Below are positions 64,000 to 64,000 of a stretch of 64,000 nucleotides of DNA, in pieces; positions within the stretch are counted from its first letter, which is position 1, and the number at the start of each line of letters is the position of its first letter. This stretch comes from a virus (taxonomy: Duplodnaviria > Caudoviricetes). The stretch lies in IMG/VR virus record IMGVR_UViG_3300032318_000487, positions 1-64,000 of that record; one strand, written 5' to 3'. The notes below the pieces were generated by a model, which was not told the DNA's origin, ran no database searches, and saw only the letters and a program-made list of their open reading frames with translations. The position numbers were made by a program, and so were the translations under genes.

Positions 64000-64000
64000 T

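Overview
This 64-kb window is a segment of a large T4-like (Tevenvirinae/Kyanoviridae-like) myophage genome. Essentially all genes are on the minus strand. Host-like genes (Omp25/RopB porin, DUF1127, a ROSE-like leader, RlpA) point to an alphaproteobacterial host, probably Hyphomicrobiales (inference). From left to right it contains: (1) a GH19 endolysin (partial) and a block of late/virion genes, including a 959-aa protein and a 2202-aa multi-enzyme polyprotein with LxE-type linkers; (2) accessory genes (deaminase, SWIM protein, Dps, YkuK RNase H-like, metallophosphoesterase, SpeD); (3) a cluster of 13 tRNAs interleaved with envelope-targeted genes and structured non-coding spacers; (4) the replication core gp41, gp40-like, uvsX and gp43; (5) thyX, a PMM-like HAD enzyme and a 14th tRNA; (6) an 11-gene nucleotide-sugar/methyltransferase/glycosyltransferase cluster; (7) hsp20, PAAR, dut, regA, gp62/44/45 and gp1; (8) a MoxR AAA + VWA pair, a GREB1/TAGT-like glycosyltransferase pair, and gp46, gp47, gp55. 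There are four free-standing homing-endonuclease-like genes. The strongest leads are: two endonuclease genes that each sit between a 5' tRNA fragment and an intact copy of a matching tRNA; the giant cargo polyprotein; the glycan cluster; and a ~60-bp element duplicated 62 kb apart that carries a near-consensus antisense sigma70 promoter. All family calls come from motif recognition by eye; no database searches were run.
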